NCBI RefSeq assembly: GCF_009914755.1
Contig: NC_060937.1
From: the human T2T-CHM13v2.0 reference genome, Homo sapiens
DNA length: 64,000 bases
Strand: one strand, 5' to 3'
The notes beneath the pieces were generated by a model. It made no database searches. It was not told where the DNA came from and worked only from the letters and a program-made list of their open reading frames with translations. Of the stretch, positions 55,473 to 64,000 are shown piece after piece. Within the stretch, counting starts at the first letter, position 1. Every line of letters starts with the position of its first letter. Both the position numbers and the translations under genes were made by a program.

Positions 55473-55954
55473 ACCCCATGGAGCACAGGGTAAACTTCCA
55501 ATACAACTTGGCTATGTCTACATTTTCAACTGAGGACCTACTATGTGCCAAGTCCTAATATACATATTGTTTTAACCCCCAATGATTCTGCCAGCTATGA
55601 ATTTTTATGACTATTTGTATACATAAAGACGTTCAGTGATTTGCATAAGGTCACTCAACTAATAAATGACAGATGAGTGTGGCCGCAAAACTCATAAGAA
55701 CACATAACAATCTTAGGACCGACAGAAGTAAAAACCTCTTTGTGTTTTTGCTTTTCTTTACTGATATCATATCAGAGTTCCTCCAGCGAATAAAAGGATC
55801 CTAGATGGCCCCTGGGGGCAATTAACTGCTTTTTGGAAGCTTTCAAACTAATGAATTATGAGATGCAAAAATCAATGGAGACTTACTTTAAAAAAGAAAC
55901 AGCATCCATCATTAGTGATGTTAGAACCAGGTAACACAGAGTTCTCCAAAACTT

Positions 55955-56381
55955 TAAAGATGCAGACTGCAGCAACTCTGAGAATGGCTCCTACACCTTA
56001 GGTGACAGGCCATGTAATTAACCGAGGGCCCCCCTGTACCTCCCACAGCTGTGCCTGGCCAGTGAGTGATCCTCAGGGACGCCAAAGCAGCCGGTTTCTG
56101 GGAGACACTGGACTCTTCTGAAGGTTGATCTTGGCCCAAAGACTCCCCAGTAGCCTTACAAACCTTCCTTAAACTGCACAGCTGTTTCAAAACCACAGTG
56201 CTCCCACCTAACCTTCCCACCCTCTCCTCTTCCCTGGATCAGGCTTACAGGGCGAGCCGAAACTCTCGCAGCCTTTTCTGATACTCTTCATCTTCTCTCA
56301 CACGGTAGTGTCCGCTAATGGAATCTTGGCACATTTAACGCCGTTTTGCCATCTGCCTCCCATAAAGCCTGGACTAACACA
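55955..56381 (+). mobile_element. LTR16-family ERVL LTR
   Basis: 3' end tcttggcacatttaa…tttgccatctgcctccc…ctggactaacaca. Confidence 0.6.
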
Positions 56382-57759
56382 TGGAATTCAGCACTATCGT
56401 CTACCCTCCCACTCACAAAACAAGAATTACATTGTATTTTACAATATAAAATGCATGAACACATTTAATGTACTCAGACTCATGTCCAAAACATGAGAGA
56501 GAATGTTCTTTAGCACTAAAACTGTTCACCACTACCTGAAGAGCTAAGGAGCTAGTTTTCTTACCAAAAAGAAAAAAGGCGGGGGGAGGGGTGGTGGCGG
56601 GTAGAGGGCATTTAAAATAACATCTGAGAGAAGACTATTTAACTCCCAAAACAACTAGATTCCACTGAAATAACAAACAGAAGTAGAATTGCTAAATCCA
56701 TCTCTTCTCAGAGAAGAAAAGCACATATTTGCTTTTGCTCCAGAGATTTTTTTAATACAGTATTTAATGGGAAGGCTGAGTTTGTAGGGCAGTTAAATCA
56801 CAGGAGACCCAGAGAACCAAATACTTCACTCTGTGCCTCATCCGACTTTCCCAGTAGCTCTCCGCTGGCCATTATGCCTCGTAGAATGCATTCTAATGGC
56901 TTAAAATGACAGTGTTTTGTTTACAAAATGGCTCCATTCCTCAGGAAACCCAAGAGCCTGTGCACTGTAACAGGGCTATTGATAGAAAATAAACTGCACA
57001 GTGTGACAGAAGCTGGTCCCACCTTCCTGCCCTGTTATCCATTTTGGGGTCAAACGTATCAGCTCAGAAGTAAGGCCTGAGGGGGCACAGCCAAACATCC
57101 CTAAGAGAACTGAGCAAAGAGCTCAGGAAGGTGAACTGAGGGCCAACATCCTGACACCGATACCAAGGAGAGGATTTGACCCAAGTGTTCACTAAATATT
57201 CTGACCTTGAGAGGCAAGTCCTGGAATCATGTGGATTTGCTCTGTCTGCTGAATTTTAAAATGTCAGTCTTAGACTAGAGCTTTAGCAGGGGACTCAGCC
57301 GCCTCTCTCCTTTCTGTTTCTAATGCCAAAAAAAAAAAAATACTAAACGCGAATATGATCTAAAACAAGGAAGAGGGTCTGTTTTCTGTAAGAGGCAGAA
57401 TTTATAAGCTTAGAACAATAAGCGAAATATTAGTCCTTAAATTAGTAAATTCCACTTTGATCTTCTATGAGTGAGAGGAAGAGTTTTGCAAGGGAGAGTT
57501 GTAAGGAATTCTCTAGAAACAACAGGCCCTGAAATAGGGTAACTTAAGGTGGTATGTCTTTGTTACTTTTACATATTGCACAAATGACCCATCCAGCCTT
57601 GGATAATCACTGTATCCTCACTTTGAGAACTTCCAGAGTAGTGACTCAGTCATCAGTTTTTTTAGTACTCGGCCATATTTTAGTCAACTTCAATAAATAA
57701 ATGAGTACAGGTTTTTCGAGGGTTAAAACAGTGAATATTTTTTATATCTAAGGCTTTTG

Positions 57760-58110
57760 AATATGTGTGTATGTGTGTGTGTGTGTGTGCATATATATAT
57801 ATTTCATTCATATATTTCATTCATATATATACATATATGTATATATGTATATATATGTATATATATGTATATATGTGTATATATGTATATATATGTATAT
57901 ATATGTATATATATATGTGTGTATATATATGTATATATATATGTGTGTATATATATATGTATATATATATGTGTGTATATATATATGTATATATATGTGT
58001 GTATATATATATGTATATATATGTGTGTATATATATATGTATATATATATGTGTGTATATATATATATATGTGTGTATATATATATGTATATATATATAT
58101 ATGTATATAT
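57760..58110. repeat. Compound (TA)n/(TG)n microsatellite, ~350 bp
   Basis: Direct reading; source of the spurious Y/I/M/C/V ORFs. Confidence 0.97.
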
Positions 58111-58500
58111 GAATGAAATCCCTTAATGGACATAGTGGAATATTAGCCTTAAAAAGGAAAGAAATTATGATAACGTGCTACAACAGAGATGAACTTTGAA
58201 GACATAATGCTAAACAAAATTAGCCAGACACAAAAAGACAAATACTGGATGATTCCACTTATATGAGGTATCCAGAGTAGTCAAATTCATAGAAACAAAG
58301 TGGAATAGTGGTTACCAGGGTCTGGGAGGCAGGGGAATGGGGAGTTGTTTAATGGGTATAGTTTCAGTTTTGCAAGATTAAAATGTTCTAGAGATTGGTT
58401 GCCCAACAATATGAATATACTTAACACTTCTAAACTGTGCACTTAAAAATGGCTAAGATGGTAACCATGTTATGTGTATTTTACCACAATTAAAAAAATT
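58111..58500 (+). mobile_element. L1MB 3' end
   Basis: agccttaaaaaggaaagaaatt…gattccacttatatgaggtatc…gtgtattttaccacaattaaaaaa. Confidence 0.85.
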
Positions 58501-58503
58501 TCT

Positions 58504-58813
58504 GGCTAGGTGCAGTGGCCCATGCCTATAATCCCAGTGCTTTGGGAGGCCGAGGAAGGAGGATTGCTTGAGGCCAGGGGTTCAAGACCAGCCTGGGCAA
58601 CACAGTGAGACCTCATCTCTACAGAATTAAAAAAAAAAAATTAGCCAGATGTGGTGGTGCATACCTGTAGTCCCTGCTACTCGTGAGGCTGAAGCAGGAA
58701 GATTACTTGACCACAGGAGTTTGAGGCTGCAGTGAGCTGACTACACCACTGCATTCTGGCCTGGACATCAGAGGGAGAACCCGTCTCAAAAAAAAAAAAA
58801 AAAAAAAAAAAAA
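58504..58813 (+). mobile_element. AluJ
   Basis: ggaggattgcttgaggccagg, gagtttgaggctgcagtgagc; A26 tail. Confidence 0.93.
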
Positions 58814-58814
58814 T

Positions 58815-59154
<340 letters not shown>

Positions 59155-59974
59155 TTAAAGGGTTTACTGACAGATTGCATTTTTCTTCAGAGTCTGTTAG
59201 CAATGTCAAAAACATTACTAAAATCACAACAGAAATTCACAAAGCCCAGGAATTACATTTGTTCATATTTGGTGGGGAAAAAATCCTAGTAAAAACTGAA
59301 CTTGACTGGGGTAGTTCCTATTACTTAATCCAAGGGTTCTGAGTAAGGCAAAGGATTTCTGAAGGAGAAGAAAATGTCAGAAAGATACTAGCTAGCCAGC
59401 CCCAAAGCAGTTCTTCCTGGGAATTTCTCTGATTTCTTTTTCAGCTAGCCCACCTACCACACCAAGTATCTCCACCAGATCATCAGGAGAGACAAATGAT
59501 TCCTCCTCTTATCTCTTAACCAAATGTCCTACTGGTGACCTGAGAGTATCTGCATTTGCAACACATAATAAATGCTTGCTTGGCTAAAAGGGATTAGTAA
59601 CTCTGACATCATGAACAAAGGACCACACCAGGGAACCATCTGGAATTTGGTAAATCACTACATAGACGGAATGACATTAATTCCAGGGCTTATTTGAGGC
59701 TTAATGTCCAAAAACTACTAAGCTATTAATTAGAGAAAATGAAATCCTTTTACACACAAAGCATGCCATTGTGGTATGTATTATGGTCTGGTATATATGT
59801 TGGTCCCTCACCAACCCTGGGGACTTCTATCTTGAAAACTATCGTAATTGGCAAAATCAGCCCTGGTCAATATCAGGCTTGCAGAGAAAATAGGGGATTA
59901 AGAGGCAGAAAATAAAAATGGTATTTCATATATTTTTTAAAGCAAAGGTTTGAGAAAATAGCAAATTATTTCTT

Positions 59975-61420
<1,446 letters not shown>

Positions 61421-61509
61421 TTTACTCCTGGGCCTTGATGATTTGTCTGGCAACTAGAATAACATCTTTTCCTGCTCCAGTCTCTGGAGTAGAAGGCTGT
61501 GTTTGGAGG

Positions 61510-61745
61510 CAGCGCAGCCCAGTGGTGGAGGCCGAAGTCTGCAAGCTCAGATTCCCTCGACTGACATCCCAGATCTTCTACTCACTGGCTCTGTGCATGG
61601 AGCTAAGCTGACTCCTCTTTCAACAGATTCCCTCGCCGCTGAAGTAGGGATGACAACAGCATACCTCTTCAGTTTGTTGTGAGGATTAAATGAGATAATA
61701 ACATCACATCTTTAGCACAGACTCTAGAACAGAGTAGTAATTATA
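61510..61745 (+). mobile_element. MIR
   Basis: gttgtgaggattaaatgagataata core. Confidence 0.7.
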
Positions 61746-61894
61746 TGATAACAAAGACAGTGACTATGACGAAGAGAATGATGTAAATCTATTGTTCACA
61801 CACTCTTACTGGTTTTCATTCCCTTGGCTTTTGTAGGTAGAAAATCATATACCCTTCTAATTGTGACGATTCATCCATTTCCTTGCAATGTTTA

Positions 61895-62257
61895 TGGATT
61901 AGTCCGCTCTCGAATTGCTATAAAGAAACGTCTGAGACAAGGTAATTTATAAAGAAAGGAGGTTTAATTGGTTCACGGTTCTGCAGGCTGTACAGGAAGC
62001 ATGGTTGAGGAGGAAATTTTCAATTATGGCAGAAGACAAAGGGAAAGTAGGCACGTCTAACATGGCCAGAGCAAGAGCAAGAGAGAAGGGGGAGGTGCTA
62101 CACTTTTTAATAACCAGATCTCATGAGAACTCTATCAGGAGAACAGCACTAGGGGAGCGGTGCTAACCCATTAGAAACCACCCCAGTGACCCAATCCCTC
62201 TCACCAGGTCCCACCTCCAACATTGGGGATTACAACTCAGCATGAGATTTGGGTGGG
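61895..62257 (-). mobile_element. MSTA-like LTR missing its terminal ~20 bp
   Basis: tggattagtccgctctcgaattgctataaagaaa…catgagatttgggtggg, then an abrupt switch to non-LTR sequence. Confidence 0.9.
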
Positions 62258-63089
62258 AGAAAAGAATAAAAATGGTACCAAATATATTTTTTAAAACAAA
62301 AGTTTGAGAAAATAGTCAATTATTTCTTTCATTCATTTTACTGAATTCTTTCCGTACAAAAGCAATACCTACTTATAGCAAGAACAATGGAGCCATGTGA
62401 AGTGAATAATCTCCCCCTCCTTATCAGTTTCCATGTTTGTTTCTTTTATTGTCTAACTACACTGGCTAAGCCCTCCATTACACTGTTGAACTGGAGAAGT
62501 GAGAGCTGGTCTTACTGCTTTGGTACTGGCTCTAATGTAAATGCATTTCATTTTCCTAAGTATAACAATTACAGTATGTTCCTGATAGTCAACATAACTT
62601 ATTGACATAAAGTTATTTATAATATTCTCGTATCATTTTTACTCCAATCTGTAGCCACGTCCCTTTTTCATTTATATTAGTTATAAATTCCCTCTATTAT
62701 TATTGAAAAAGGTTTCCATATTCTATATTAGTCTCTTTGAAAACCAACAGTTGACTTTAATACCCACCATTTTGTATTTTTTTCTGCTCTCATCTTTATT
62801 ATTTCCTTCTACTTTCTTTGGGTTTGTTCTTTTCTAATTATTGAGTTGGACCCTTAGCTCCCTAATTCTTTAATTTTCTTTTATATTGATTATATAACTT
62901 GTTTCTTTCCTATTCCCTTATGAATTTAAAATTATGCATGGATTTTTTAATAGAGTCTAGGGTTAATAAGGATTTCTACCTTCTCCACTTGTCTCCTATT
63001 TTAAATTGTTTCATTTTTCGTTTCAGTTTAGCAAGTAGATTTACTCACCAATGTATTTACCAATTTCTTTGACCATTATTTATTCATTT

Positions 63090-63815
63090 TTCTTTTTTCT
63101 TGAGATTCAATCCATATCCACATAATTCAACTATTTAAAGTGTACAATACAGTAGTTTTTAGTACATTTACAGAGTTGTGCAACCATCACTGCTATCAAT
63201 TTTAGAACTAATCACCCCAAAAAGAATGTTGTGCCCATTAGCAGTCCCTCTGTTTCCCCAAACCTCTCAGCCCTAATCAACTACTAATCTACTTTCTGTC
63301 TTGAAATGTGCCTGTTCTGTACATTGCATATGAATTGAATCATGCAATATGTGGTCTCCTGTGTCTGACTTCCTTTGCTTTGTAGAGTGTTTTCAAGGTT
63401 CATCCATGTTGTAACATGTATCAGTACTTCATTACTTTTAACTCTCAAATAATAGTCCATTGTATAGATATACCACATTTTATTTATCTACTCGTTAGTT
63501 GATGAGCATTTGGTTGTTTCCATATTTGGGCTATTAAAAATAATGCTTCCATGAACATTCATGTACAAGTTTTTGTGTGGACATTTTTTTTTTGTTTTCT
63601 TGGTATAAATCTAGGAGTAGAATTGCTGAGTCATATAGTAGGTCTGTATTTAACCTTGTGAGGAACTGCCAGGCTGTTTTCCAATATGGCTCCACTATCT
63701 GACATCCCCACCAGCGGTGTATGAGGGTACCAACTTCTCCACATCCCCATCAACACTGTTATTTTCTCTTATTTATAGTCATATTAGTGGGTATGACATA
63801 GTATCTCATTGTGTC
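63090..63815 (-). mobile_element. L1MB 3' end
   Basis: ORF2-end remnant MWYIYTMDYY…TTWMNLEN; ttaaagtgtacaatacagtagtttttagt. Confidence 0.85.
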
Positions 63816-64000
63816 ACTGTCCATTCTTCACATTCCTTCCAGAAGTATATTCTTTAAAAATCCATGTCAAAGATCTGTTAATAGTAAACTCTTCCAGTTC
63901 TTGATGATCCATATTGTCTGTATTTTGCTATGGTTCATGTTAGAGCTTAGCTGGATGTAAAGATCTACTTTGATTTATTCTGCTGTCTTTCTGGATTCCA

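Noticed and set aside
57757-58133. Four 109-119-aa ORFs rich in Y/I/M/C/V
   Set aside because: Translations of a TA/TG microsatellite.

Overview
This looks like primate (human-like) non-coding genomic DNA, based on AluY/AluS/AluJ, L1PA, THE1/MST, MLT2A1 and LTR12C content. I recognise no cellular protein-coding exon, tRNA, rRNA or CRISPR array, and I cannot name the locus. Much of the window is layered transposable elements, many with visible target-site duplications (TSDs). The only ORF with clear protein homology is a 272-aa C-terminal fragment of L1 ORF2p in a 5'-truncated L1PA copy; a decayed ERV-L-class gag remnant is also recognisable. The signals least explained by routine repeat annotation are: (1) a ~200-bp, ~87%-identical inverted repeat built from an ancient LTR33-like element (54337-55357); (2) two ~160-200-bp local direct duplications 2.3-2.6 kb apart, one of which truncates an MST LTR; (3) an L1MA reduced to its 5' and 3' tips; (4) a full-length LTR12C solo LTR inside an AluJ plus two divergently oriented MLT2A1 LTRs with DUX-type motifs and splice donors; (5) a head-to-head Alu pair 42 bp apart. 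I do not see a convincing new multi-gene system. Subfamily names come from recalled consensus similarity, and identities were counted by eye; both need RepeatMasker/Dfam or alignment confirmation.
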